DNA of 63,037 nucleotides, the filler included, from Craspedostauros australis (taxonomy: Eukaryota), in the NCBI GenBank assembly GCA_030167865.1. It is 10 parts of 10 records of this genome, joined end to end, with 100 filler letters (N's around TTAATTAATTAA, not from the genome) between each part and the next. Parts side by side here need not be neighbours in the genome. Positions count along the whole stretch, not along the records: positions 6,002 to 34,633 come from JALAGF010003005.1; positions 34,734 to 44,653 come from JALAGF010003009.1; 8 more parts are not named here. One strand, written 5' to 3'. Position 1 is the stretch's first letter, and each line of letters opens with the position of its first letter. The translations under genes and the position numbers were made by a program. This document shows positions 25,856 through 37,024 of the stretch, piece after piece. Below the pieces are notes generated by a model, which saw only the letters and a program-made list of their open reading frames with translations, made no database searches and had not been told where the DNA came from.

Positions 25856-27547
25856 TCAGCAACTGTCAGCCCGGCCCAACAGCTCGGTGGCTTCCGTGAC
25901 CTCCGAGTTCCAAATTAGGTTCTCCTCTTCTCTTTCGTTGGGTGAGACCTCACGAAGTCGCTCGCGCAGCTTGCGACTTGCCTCCGGTCCGTCCACGTCT
26001 CTCATCGTCAAGTACGTGTCCTCCATCGTGGTGTACGCCATCGCCAGGTTGTTGAAGTCGTTGGCATCCTCGCCGAAGGGATCATCAAGCTCGATGGCGA
26101 CGAGTTCCAAACCGACGAAGCCATAGGTGAGGATGAACACCTGGCAGCAGTGGGCGAGGAGCGGCGACTCGTCTCCCAGAAGGACGAACGGCACGGTAAA
26201 GACGTACGCAAAGAGGAAGGTGCGCGCCATTTGAATCAAGGGGAACGGCACCGGGGTTGTCAAGAACTTTCGGATTCTGTGGCGTTGCGTAGCAGAATAT
26301 TGGGGGGGGGAGAGTGTTGGTTGCGTCCGAACAATGAAGAATCAGAGGACGCAGAAGGACGTCATCCCAACATTCGACAGAGTATAACCGTACGGTACGG
26401 TGCAGTGAAGGCGAAGTGATCGGAATGAGGAAGCATGCAAAGATCAATATTGCAGAGCCCATTTACCAGTGAGTGCCGAGACTCGAATGTTGATCGTCGG
26501 GCTGTACTATCCACAGAAGGACTCGCACCAACGGCACCAACGACAACAACGAAGCAGGCACAGGACTCACCCGTAATACCCGCCCATGAATCCATCAACG
26601 CTGGCCAACAGTGCGGTCTCATGCATCGCAGTCAGCGGGACTTGCAAGCGCTGGGAATGGGAACAGATCGACTTCTTCAGAAGGTAGCCAATCCAAGTTG
26701 GGACTCTCATCGACTCTTCGAACTCGGTGCGTTGTTGATGAGCCAAGCAACGGACGTCTGGATTGAGATACGAATTGTTGCGAATGTTTTGCAGCTCCTC
26801 TCCGCTCAGCTCTGGCAGGTTCCAGGGAGCGATGTTGTCGCTCGGGTAGTCAACGACCGCCATGCTGGTGCGCAGAAGGATGAGGGCGCGGTACGCGATT
26901 TCCAACCTCCACTTTTTCGAGGCTTCGTCATCGTTGCCTTTCGCAGATAGAACTGCCATTGACGAGATTAGCTCGCCTGTTATTTAGTTGTGCAATTGTG
27001 CGGCGTGGCAGGAGATGGTACATAAGTGAAAGCAAAGCAAGGTGAGCGACGGCGTGCGAAGATGAAGCAAAGTGAAATAGTGCAGAGCTGAGATCGTTGC
27101 ACAGCAGCAATTGGGAAGGATGATCAAAAGGCATGGTGTGGAAAGGCATGGAATGATGGAGCAGAATCGAAAAAAACGAAAGCATGGAGTATGGTACTTA
27201 CGGGTCTCGCGATACATAACTCCAAGATGCTGTCGAGCCTCGTCGAAGCGGCTGAGCACAAGGTTGACGCGAGAAACCAGGAGGAAGGCAACCACCACGG
27301 CGATGAAGTTGTGCCCTTCGTCCGAGATCTCGAGATCTTTGTAGTACTCTTCCTGTAGGTAGCGGCCGATCACCATCAAACTAACATTGGCGAAGCAGTA
27401 CACAATAATGCGTGGCCACAGGCTCCCATTGAGCTGCGTCAACACAGAGAAGTGATCAGAAGAATCGTAGAGGATGCCGTGGCTTTGGGAAGGAGTCTTT
27501 GCTCTTGGATATGAGCGGGGGGCACGAGTTGACGCCGGCATAGTCAT
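25856..27547 (-). CDS. Bestrophin/UPF0187-like anion channel, paralogue 1; exons 27547-27202, 26976-26571, 26276-25856
   Basis: Motifs FLLVSRVN...RF.EAR, TPVPFP and GLELVAIELDDPFGEDANDF. Both GT-AG introns preserve the frame. Confidence 0.92.
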
Positions 27548-28857
27548 TGCGGTTCCGCAGGATTCTCGTCAATGGTGACGCTTCACGATCTTGGCTCGCG
27601 ATGGACTGGTCTGCTCAAGATGGAGAGGTTTGCGAGCGGGATGGACGGGCCGCGGGCGTGATGGTGGTGGTGAACGTGGTAATGAAGGCGAGTGTAAATA
27701 CTCGTTTACTGCGGCCGTTTCTGGTGTTTGCAATTTATGTGGGATTCCTCTCTCGCAGTTTTGCACATACTCGTACCAGACATACCATTGATCGTACGCT
27801 TTTGACTCAATTCCGTCGTTTGATGCTGCCCGTCGCAGCAGTGCTGCTGTTCTCGCAGGGGACCATGCTCGTGCCGTGCCCTGGCCAATCGCAGAGACGT
27901 GTCACCACCATGAGAATTCAGATGGATCTCTCTTTCGCAACAACGCTGAAGCAGCTTTGGGCGCCTTGCGCCTCCCCATTCTGCGCACGGACGAGGTTCG
28001 TTTTTGGTGAGAACGCCCATGGATTGATGGTTGTTGATGTTGTCACGTGAGTGCAGGTATCTGATAGTACGTGCGTGTGGTGCGGTACGATCCACATGAT
28101 GGATCGGAGTCGGCAAACAGGAGAACGCCTCTCCGCTTCACGCCATGGAAAACGCGATTCTGCTCTGACGTTGGTGAGCAGAAATTGCGACGGAATTCTG
28201 GAATGAGAACTCCTTGTGAATTGTAGGTGTAGAAACACCGCTGGATGTGGAAGATACAACAAGGCTGACAACGAAACAGAACTGGAGTATTCGAATGAGT
28301 CGATAATATTCGAAGTAAATCGATATTTCCACCGAACTCCATCCAAAACCGAACCATGTTGTTCTTCTTTTGCACAAACGAGAGAACAAACAGAAGCGAA
28401 AAGTGACGAACTCGTGAGAAATGCGCGTTTCGCCAACCAGACATGCTGAGAACGGTTGGTTTCTGTCTGCAGGTGTGGAACGATGCAGGATTCGTCCAAT
28501 TGGTTCTTGAGAGAATTGTCACACAAAAGACGCCGTCACACATCGTGAAGGAACGGTCCAAATCTGCATTGATGGCTCCTACTCGCACAACAGCAACGAC
28601 GACATCACCACCAGTGCATGCATAGGTCGTACACGTATGGGTCGCAGGAACAACAACAGCAACAACAAAAGTATTGGTGTAGATTGTCGAGTGTCGCGAA
28701 TAGGAGCAGAAGCACTGCCGACATCAACAGCGCACAAAAGGTTGATCGAATCTGAACAAGGCGCACTCAGCTCTCCGCTGCTCTGCCATCCAACCACTCT
28801 GCCATAGTCGTACAACCATCATCAGCACTCTCACTCGGCCGCGTGCGACAATCCACC

Positions 28858-30171
28858 ATGACGCTGCAACGCAAGAAGTACCGATACAATGTCGAACAAG
28901 TGCAGTACGCTGGAACGGATGGGTTCGAGCAGGCGCTGGACATCTATCGGCCAGAAGAAGCTTATCAAGCAGACAGCACAGACAATGCTGCTGATGCTGC
29001 TGCTGTTGCTTCCACAGATGCAGAAGGAAAGCCACCGATGATCGTGGTCCTGGTCGGCGGATCCGCCTGGATGGGGCGCATCGCGCCTGTGTACTGGATG
29101 ACATCGTGGTGGAACTCCTCCGGACCCAAGGTCATCACGTCCAAGCACGGCGTGCCGTGCGTTTGCATCCGCCATCGCGGCGCATTCCCGCATCTGTCGC
29201 TGGCGGAATGCATCACGATCATGCTGGTCCTGACCATTGTGCTGTTGCAGCAACAGCGGCTGGGCGATACCAGTGATGCCGGCGAAGAACAACCGAGCAT
29301 TCATTTTGGGAAGGTGGCGCTGGGCGAAGTCATCGGCGTGACAGTCCTCCTGCTGATGCGATACTTCGCATCCACAGCTGCCAACTTTGACGACATGACG
29401 AGCGACGTCCTCGCGGCATTGAAATGGGTGCACTCAAACACGCACTACGTCTTGCACCAAGATGCGACGACGCAAGGAGACGCACAGAAACCGCTGATCG
29501 TGTTCGGCGGATACAGCTCGGGTGGTCATGTAGCGGCATCCGTGCTGTCGTTTCCGGAGCGGCGATGGAAGGCGCACGGCCTGCCGATTCCAGAATTGTG
29601 GATGGATAGCGTGCTAATGCTGTCCGGAGTCCTGGCGGTGGCTCCGACGCCTTCCGCCGAACAGCAACGGCAATGGCAGCAGCAAAAACAAATGATCGCC
29701 AACGCAAACGCATCAAGTCCAACGATCGATCCCGACACGAAGCTCAGCGCGGACGTGAAAGACTACGGTGTGGATACGTCGTTCGCATGGTTCCAGGAGT
29801 GGCTTGTGAGCAAAGTGTTCGGCCACACGTCCGCGTCCATACCATCGCCGCTCTTCGAGTACAACATCCCCAACATCCCGCATTACTTGGTGGAATGCGA
29901 GAATGAGATGGCCCTTCCGATCTTGCGGCCCATCTTGGGAGTCTTCTTCTCCTCAACCCAGTACGCGCAGATGCTGGCAGACCGTGGCATCACGTGCATC
30001 CACAAGGTGCTGGTGTCTGGGGATCATTGGACGATTCTGGATACGGCCGAATTTGACGAGAGTCTTGGTGATTGTTTCGAATGCATGACAGAAGGCAACG
30101 ACGACGATCACGATAACGGGAGGAAGGTCATCATGAACGGCAGCCAACGGACGAGCAAGAAGCACATCTAA
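28858..30171 (+). CDS. Alpha/beta-hydrolase (HSL/isoprenylcysteine methylesterase-like) with hydrophobic insertion
   Basis: LDIYRP, oxyanion-like VGGSAW, D...ALKWV, nucleophile elbow GYSSGGH and C-terminal GDHW. Confidence 0.85.
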   Translation: MTLQRKKYRYNVEQVQYAGTDGFEQALDIYRPEEAYQADSTDNAADAAAVASTDAEGKPPMIVVLVGGSAWMGRIAPVYWMTSWWNSSGPKVITSKHGVPCVCIRHRGAFPHLSLAECITIMLVLTIVLLQQQRLGDTSDAGEEQPSIHFGKVALGEVIGVTVLLLMRYFASTAANFDDMTSDVLAALKWVHSNTHYVLHQDATTQGDAQKPLIVFGGYSSGGHVAASVLSFPERRWKAHGLPIPELWMDSVLMLSGVLAVAPTPSAEQQRQWQQQKQMIANANASSPTIDPDTKLSADVKDYGVDTSFAWFQEWLVSKVFGHTSASIPSPLFEYNIPNIPHYLVECENEMALPILRPILGVFFSSTQYAQMLADRGITCIHKVLVSGDHWTILDTAEFDESLGDCFECMTEGNDDDHDNGRKVIMNGSQRTSKKHI

Positions 30172-30626
30172 TGATGACATACCATTAATAGACCATGCCT
30201 CCAGAGATGCAGACGATTGCTCTCAATAGAGAGTACTCCAGATGATGGATGCTGCTAGAAGAATTTTGGAGTGATTTTGTGAGCAAATGTGTCTAGCTTC
30301 GTCGGAATAGAATGCGTGCGATGTTGTCGTTGTGTTGTTCTCATTCCCGAGCTGTTCTGATCGCGGGACTAAGTAATGAGTCAGCGAGTTGATGTACTTT
30401 GTTGCAAACCGAAGCACCACACGAAGCAACAACGACATCGTGGACAAACAACAACAAGCACGGCGCCTGCTGTCATGAGGATGCTGACCATCACCATGAC
30501 GACGCCGACGATGAACATAGAAACCGCTACTTCGCGACATCTATCGTATCAGCAACGAGATCGCTCATCTTCCTCGCAAAGGCCTCTTTAGCACAAGCAA
30601 GCACGCACGCACGCACGCACTCTATC

Positions 30627-31145
30627 ATGCTCTTCTGGAAGAAACAGGCCGAACCGGCTGCGGCTGATACCGACACGGCAGCGCAGCTACCGCCAGCGGA
30701 CGTGACAACCGCCAAGACCACCAAGCGGTCCTTCGATGACATCGACGCGGTCACGAAAGCCAAGATGAATCAGGCCAACGAGCGCATTGCGCAAAACCTC
30801 AACGTGGGTTCGAACGATGGGACTGCGGCAACGGGAGATGCCGATGCGATTGCACAACAACCCACGCACAGACACGGACGACCCAAGCCATCGCCGCACG
30901 GCAGGGAAACGCAGGGTGCAGGTGCCGTCATCGGTTCCAACGGCGAAGTCAAGGATTCTCCGGCATTGTTCATGACGGATTGCAAGAAGCAGCACGCGGC
31001 ATCACTGCAGTGCATCGAACGCAACTACGACAACCGCGGGGCCTGCCAGCCGCTGTTCCAAGCCTACAAGGATTGCCGCAAAGCCGAGAATGAACGGCGA
31101 CATGAGCGCAATGCGGCTTTGGTGAAGAACAAGAGCTGGTGGTAG
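30627..31145 (+). CDS. Twin CX9C (CHCH) mitochondrial IMS protein, COX23-like
   Basis: CKKQHAASLQC-IERNYDNRGA-CQPLFQAYKDC (CX9C-X10-CX9C). Confidence 0.85.
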   Translation: MLFWKKQAEPAAADTDTAAQLPPADVTTAKTTKRSFDDIDAVTKAKMNQANERIAQNLNVGSNDGTAATGDADAIAQQPTHRHGRPKPSPHGRETQGAGAVIGSNGEVKDSPALFMTDCKKQHAASLQCIERNYDNRGACQPLFQAYKDCRKAENERRHERNAALVKNKSWW

Positions 31146-31625
31146 GGCGTTTCAAAGAAATGCGGAAACGGGTGGAGTGTGGGGGATTATTGATTCGCGG
31201 CGATGCTCGTTGCTACGATCCACAGATCTGCTACAATCTGCCTCCCTCTTGTTTCTGCAGGAACCTGCGGTGACGAAAGTGGTGATGGTGGCCCTGACTG
31301 CGAGACCACAATCCAATGGTTCAATGATTCAAGATGCATTCGATACAAATGCAACAGAGCGAAGTAAGACATGCTCATTGCCAACAGCGACTGGCTTGAG
31401 AGTATTGATTCCGAACCAGTGCCACCAGTGCTACATATGTAATCCGTCATGGGCACCATGCATGTATTCATCAATCAACTCAAGTCTCTCTCTCTCTTCT
31501 GCCTGGTTGTTCTTTGCTTGTTCTAAAGTGTATTAATATGTATCATACTGCAAATAGTTGAGTATGAAGACCCGTGTGATCTATCATCCATGCTACCAGC
31601 CTTGCCGCTGATGATGCGACAATGC

Positions 31626-33506
31626 TCAACAAGTTTCAGTCATGTCGGAAGATTCCTCGACACCGACTGCTCGGAGAGAATGGAAACGCTCGGACTCCTC
31701 AGCACGATCTGATCTCAACGAATCGAAAGGTTCTGACTCTCTGGGATTCTCGACGTCGCTTTCCATTGCTTCGGGTTCGCTGGGCGCGGCCTCTTCGGGC
31801 CTGTTGGCAACGCGCACGTGTCCCATCTTCTCGCGCAGCTTGCGGCTGGCCTCCTCGCCATCGATGTTCCTGATGGTCAGGTACACGTCTTCCATCACCG
31901 TCTCGGCCACGACGAGGTTGTCGAAGTCGTTGGCGTCGTCACCGAATGGATCATCCAGTTCGATGGCGACCAATTCCAATCCGACGAAACCGTAGGTGAG
32001 GATGAAGACTTGGAGGCAGTGCGCGTAGATCGAGGAATCATCGCTCAAGAGGACGAATGGGACGGTGAAGACGTACGCGAAGTTGAAGGTGCGCGTCATT
32101 TGAACGAGTGGGAATGGCACGGGGGTCGTCAAGAACTTGCGCATTCTGACATCATGATGATGCATGGTGGATTGCAATTGTACATTTGGGCGATGGTTCG
32201 ATGATGCGTTGATGCAACGGCAAAGAAGCAAGCGAATGGCACAGCAACAAAGGATGAAGGTTGGATGGATGGTTGGATGGATGAAAATAGGGTGAGATTG
32301 AGGTTTGGGTGGGGTTGACTCCGATTGAGTCACAGCAGAGCACACCATTTGGCTGTGTGAGCTTTTTCATGCCGTGATCGAACCGCGAGTTTTCTGCGTC
32401 GCAATATGTTCTGCCAAGCTGCTGGATGGGTGGATCAATCGAGAGGCGAACGCAGAAAGAAATTAGCAGAGATGCAACTACGGCCTCTCCAATTACGGTG
32501 CACACCGGAGCAACTCACCCAGCATATGCGTTGAGGAAGACATCGACGTTGGTCAAGCATCTGTGTTCGAAGATGAGCTCCAAAGGGACTTGGAGACGCT
32601 TGCTGTGCGAGTGGATGGACTGCCTCAGCAGGAAAGCGATGCGTGTGGGCACCCTCAACGACTCTTCAAACTCAGTCCGTTCATGGTGCACCAGATTTCG
32701 GGTCTGCGGGTTGAGGTAGGTGTTGCTCCGCACATCCTCAAGCTCTTCGCCATTGAGCTCTGGCAACTCCCATGGAGGGATGCCGGCGGTGGGGTAATCC
32801 ACGACCGCCATGCATGTTCGGAGCAGAAGGAGCGTGCGGTACGCAACCTCCAGCCTCCACTTCTTGGATTCCTCGTCGGCATTGCCATCGGCAGACAAGA
32901 TCGACATGACGGTGATCAATTCGCCTATCGACAGCCGAAGCATTAGGGAAGTGGCGAACGCGATTGAGGCGCGCCGAGCATGAACATGTTATCAAAAATG
33001 AGAAAGTGTGAGGATATATGGGTGTGGGCGAGAGCGAAACGAAGGAGACTTTCATAGGCCGAGGTGCATTCCGGCGAAGCTGCTGTTGGACATTCTCAAT
33101 GCACAGATGAGCGTGACATTAGGGTTGGATCATTGCACCAGTACTCACGGCTTTCGTTGAACATGATCCCGAGGTTGGTGCAGGATTCATTGTACCTCGC
33201 CATGGCGGTGTTCACGCGAGAGACCAGCAGGAAGGCCACCACAGCGCCCATGAAGCCATGGCCTTGGTCTGACACCTCGATTCTATCGAAGTAATGGTCT
33301 CGCAACAAATGGACAGTGATCGCCAGCCCAACATTCAGCACGCAAAAGCCGATGATGCTTTTCCAGATACTGCCATTGAGCTGTGTCAAGATGGAGAGAT
33401 GATCAGAGGAATCGTACAAGATGCCGTGGCTCTGGCTTGGAGTCCGCGCACGGTACTTGTGACGCGCATCGCCGGATGTGGTTGGCGAGCTCATTGCGAG
33501 ATCCAT
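31626..33506 (-). CDS. Bestrophin/UPF0187-like anion channel, paralogue 2; exons 33506-33149, 32924-32519, 32145-31626
   Basis: Same motifs and identical intron positions and phases as paralogue 1; ELDDPFGDDANDF. Confidence 0.92.
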
Positions 33507-34733
33507 GCTTTGGTTGCTCTTGTTGGCGTACGGTGCTAATCATAGAAGTTATGAACAACCGACTTCAGAGCAGAACCTCAGCAATAATGTTAGTCGGAGT
33601 AGAGCAGAGTACTACCCTCACCGCCCTTGTGGTTGATGGAGCGGACAGAGACATTGCCCTGCCTCCAAACAGAATCATACCCCGTACCACCAACACCAAA
33701 CACAAACACCGCACCAGAGAGAAGCCAAAAGCAGGCGGCGAGGTCGCAAGGGAACAAACAGGGAAGCGAAGGCGGACGTGGAGGCCGCGGCAGATTAGTA
33801 TGATGTATCGCATGGTACGTGCACCACACAATGCCGCGTGCGTGTAGGTGGGAGAGGATCTCATGTCACCACCTCCAGTCATGGGGAAGAAGGCGACGCA
33901 ATTCCGCACAACTCCACAGCCAACGGGTTGAAGCAACCTGTTCGCAAAAGAGGCAGTGGATGTTGGGGTTCGGATTCTCGGTCGCGGCCTGTAGATCTTT
34001 CGTTCTGTGCCAACCATCACACCTGCGTGGATGTCACCAAAAAATCCACAAGAGCGTGCGATACTCCGAAGCGCAGAACGTCATCAAACAACTGGCACGG
34101 AAGAATGCCAGACGAAAGACACGATTTCAGAAAATGACGTGTGGATCATGCTTGTTGTGAGTCACGGAAACTATCGGTTCACGAGTGGGATCCAGAAAGC
34201 GTGGAAGAATGAAATTTGTGCGATTGTGTGAGTCATAGTCGTGGAAACCGCATACGCCGCCTGGGATTGATCGTGGTTTGCTCGCCAACGAATGCGTTGC
34301 CGCGTCGGGCAAAGGCATCGAAGATGTCTGCAACACTCGCATGAGTCGAAGCCGTTGTTACTGTAGCCAAGTTGGGCAGCGAACATCCATTTACCCACGA
34401 TTCTACACGCCTTTGCTTCGTCTTGCAATTTCGTTAATCGATGCATCTTATCGTCTTTTTGTCAAAGTCAACATTCCTGTTGGCGGATGCGATCCAAAAG
34501 ATCCACCCACCTCGCTGGTGCAGTCCTCCATAAGTACTTCATTGCGTGGTGCATAAGTATTGAGGCACTTGTGATCGAAACAGACAGATCAGCAACTTGG
34601 TGGAGACTGCGACAGAACCACGCCTCAATTGGGNNNNNNNNNNNNNNNNNNNNNNNNNNNNNNNNNNNNNNNNNNNNTTAATTAATTAANNNNNNNNNNN
34701 NNNNNNNNNNNNNNNNNNNNNNNNNNNNNNNNN

Positions 34734-34771
34734 TCTAACTGAGGTTCCGGGTTCGAATCCCGGCATGGTAC
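34734..34771 (+). tRNA. 3' half of a tRNA or tRNA-derived sequence (5' half lost in gap; isotype not determinable)
   Basis: AGGTT variable loop, perfect T-arm CCGGG-TTCGAAT-CCCGG, acceptor-like CATGGTA, followed by T-runs. Confidence 0.6.
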
Positions 34772-34816
34772 TTTGCTTTTGCTCACCCCTTGTGATTTTT
34801 CGATAGTGCTCTAATA

Positions 34817-35760
34817 TTCGGTCTCGTCGATCGCGCTTGCCTCTGCGCTTGATAGGACAGTAGCCGCAGCTGCTTCTTTCTCTTGTCGTGGTCGAGTCTC
34901 ACTCGCACCTTCTTCTTGCTTGAGAGTCGGATTGGACAGAGGGATGTCTCTCAATTCCTCTTCCTCGCTCATTCAGTCTGCTGCTCTTGAATGATGTTCG
35001 TCTTCCTTGCACGATCCAATCCACGGGCTCGCCCTGATCTATCGTTTATAAACGTGTTGGCAAGTTCCATGATTGGAAACCTACGATCGTGGAAGATGGT
35101 GTTGGTTGATAGTCGTTCGTTAACTATTTCATTAGTTGAGCACTCCGATCCTCTCAGTGTCCGTTCGTTCTCTTGCCCGATGCTCTCGGCACTTCAATCT
35201 GTTTTGTAGATTCGGTCTCCGACTATGAGTAGGTACGCGAGATGCTCTCTCACTCCTCTCTGTATTCTCTCTCTCTCTCAACATCGTGTGTTCGTGCTAC
35301 ACGATACTCCGTGTTTGATGCGTACTCCGCATTCGACACTCCGTTCATTCACTACTGGTTCCTACTCCATGAGTACTTACCATTTGAAGTTCATCTCCCG
35401 TATCCATGATCTTGATGCCCTTTGGTCATCGGATCTTCACCTTCTGCTTCTGACCTGGAGACAGACGTCGATGTGGTGACACGATGACATCCTGTCGACG
35501 TCAGTAGGCGTCCTTCTGCTCTCCAGATGTCACATTCCATTGGTGATGCAGTGGTCTGTCAGATGATATCATCATCTGAGGTTTAGTTGGGAAGTACCTC
35601 GAGATTCTCTTGGTACCATACGTCTCCATTGATGGATGGACGGATGATATTTCCAATTCTCTCAGAAATCGTCGATTGCAAATTTCCTCCAGAAATTCTG
35701 CTCATTTTCGTGTGTTCCATTTCCACTGTAATTCTGACAAATCACAGCATACTATCGACA
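34817..35760 (-). mobile_element. Copia family A: complete ~706-bp LTR (35760-35055) plus truncated 5' leader
   Basis: Reverse complement of 1-~710. Termini TGTCGA.../...CCAACA. Homology stops at ~34817. Confidence 0.9.
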
Positions 35761-36614
35761 CGAGTGTAGTTATACCGTCCAAGTGCGTATGAGAGAATAG
35801 CGGGTGAACGATGCACATATACTCGCATGTACATCTCGACATATACTCACATGTACATCTCGACACAGGTGAGGAGCCACGTGCGCGACCGCGTGGTCGT
35901 GCCGCAAGGCGCAGCCGCGCCAGCTCCGTGCTGCAAGCACCGAATGACAAGAGCGAAGTCAGATCACGATCGCGATCGAGACCGCGGTACCTCATGAAGA
36001 TCAACAAGAACAACGCCAACGGCAAACGTCCCGTCATTCGTGGCGAGCTCTGAGCAGTCTGCGCCTTGCGCGTATCGGAGTGGTCAAGAAGTAAATGTTA
36101 GAACATTCAAGTGTTACATGAACGAGGCACGTATTCTACGATCTGCAATACATACGAATCCTCTGCTGGAACAGATCAAGCGCAATACGAAATCGACGTA
36201 CAAGGCGCAGTTGAGAGTATTGCGGGTAGCGATGCACGTCCACCGATGTGTAATAACGTATAATATAATATTGTAATATGATGTAATATTGTGTATACTA
36301 AGAGCAGTCCCCCTTCATGGTTGTTGTAACGATGCCAGGTACTCTGCCAACTCGGTGTGTCCTTGCATTGAAGCAGCATCCTGCAGTCTCAAACCAAACC
36401 GATTGCGGATGCTCGTGTCCACTTCAACATCAGGCGTGTCGAGCCAATCATGTACCATCTGCAGACGTCCGTACCAGCACAAAACGTGCAAAGGCGTATT
36501 GCCATCCACATCGGCAATGTTCACATCTGCGTGAGCTCTTTCCAACAATTCGTCGATGACGGACTCGTGCACGTCGTTGCCGGTCACGAACATTGTGGAC
36601 GCGATGAACAGCGG

Positions 36615-36971
36615 TGTCGCGACATGGGTTATAAGCGTTAATTTCTTGTGTTTATGCAGGGCGTGGACTGGCTCCGTGGTTCGATTCCGCAGCGCGCTAT
36701 TTTAACATGGTAGCGTGACCTAAGGTTCGATTCCGTCGGCTGGTACCCACCCCTGCTACAAAAACACACAGAAACACCCGAAACTTGCCGACTGCCTACA
36801 GCGGCAGTATAAANNNNNNNNNNNNNNNNNNNNNNNNNNNNGGGGGCTCAAGGGCATGAATCCAAGAATTAGGGAGGGTGTCGCGACATGGGTTATAAGC
36901 GTTAATTTCTTGTGTTCATGCAGGGCGTGGACTGGCTCCGTGGTTCGATCCCGCAGCGCGCTATTTTAACA
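36615..36971 (+). mobile_element. LTR retroelement with 93-bp LTRs (TRIM-like, or a copia collapsed in the gap)
   Basis: LTRs 36615-36707 and 36879-36971 (TG...CA, 2 differences). PBS TGGTAGCGTGAC at 36708, PPT AGGGAGGG at 36871-36878, TSD CAGCGG at 36609-36614 and 36972-36977. Confidence 0.93.
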
Positions 36972-37024
36972 CAGCGGAGTTTCGTCCCTCATGTTGGTCA
37001 GGTTGGGATCGGTCTGGTGCATAT

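Noticed and set aside
35816..35864. 24-bp tandem duplication CATATACTC(G/A)CATGTACATCTCGA near the LTR
   Set aside because: Simple local duplication ~55 bp from the LTR end; not a TSD.
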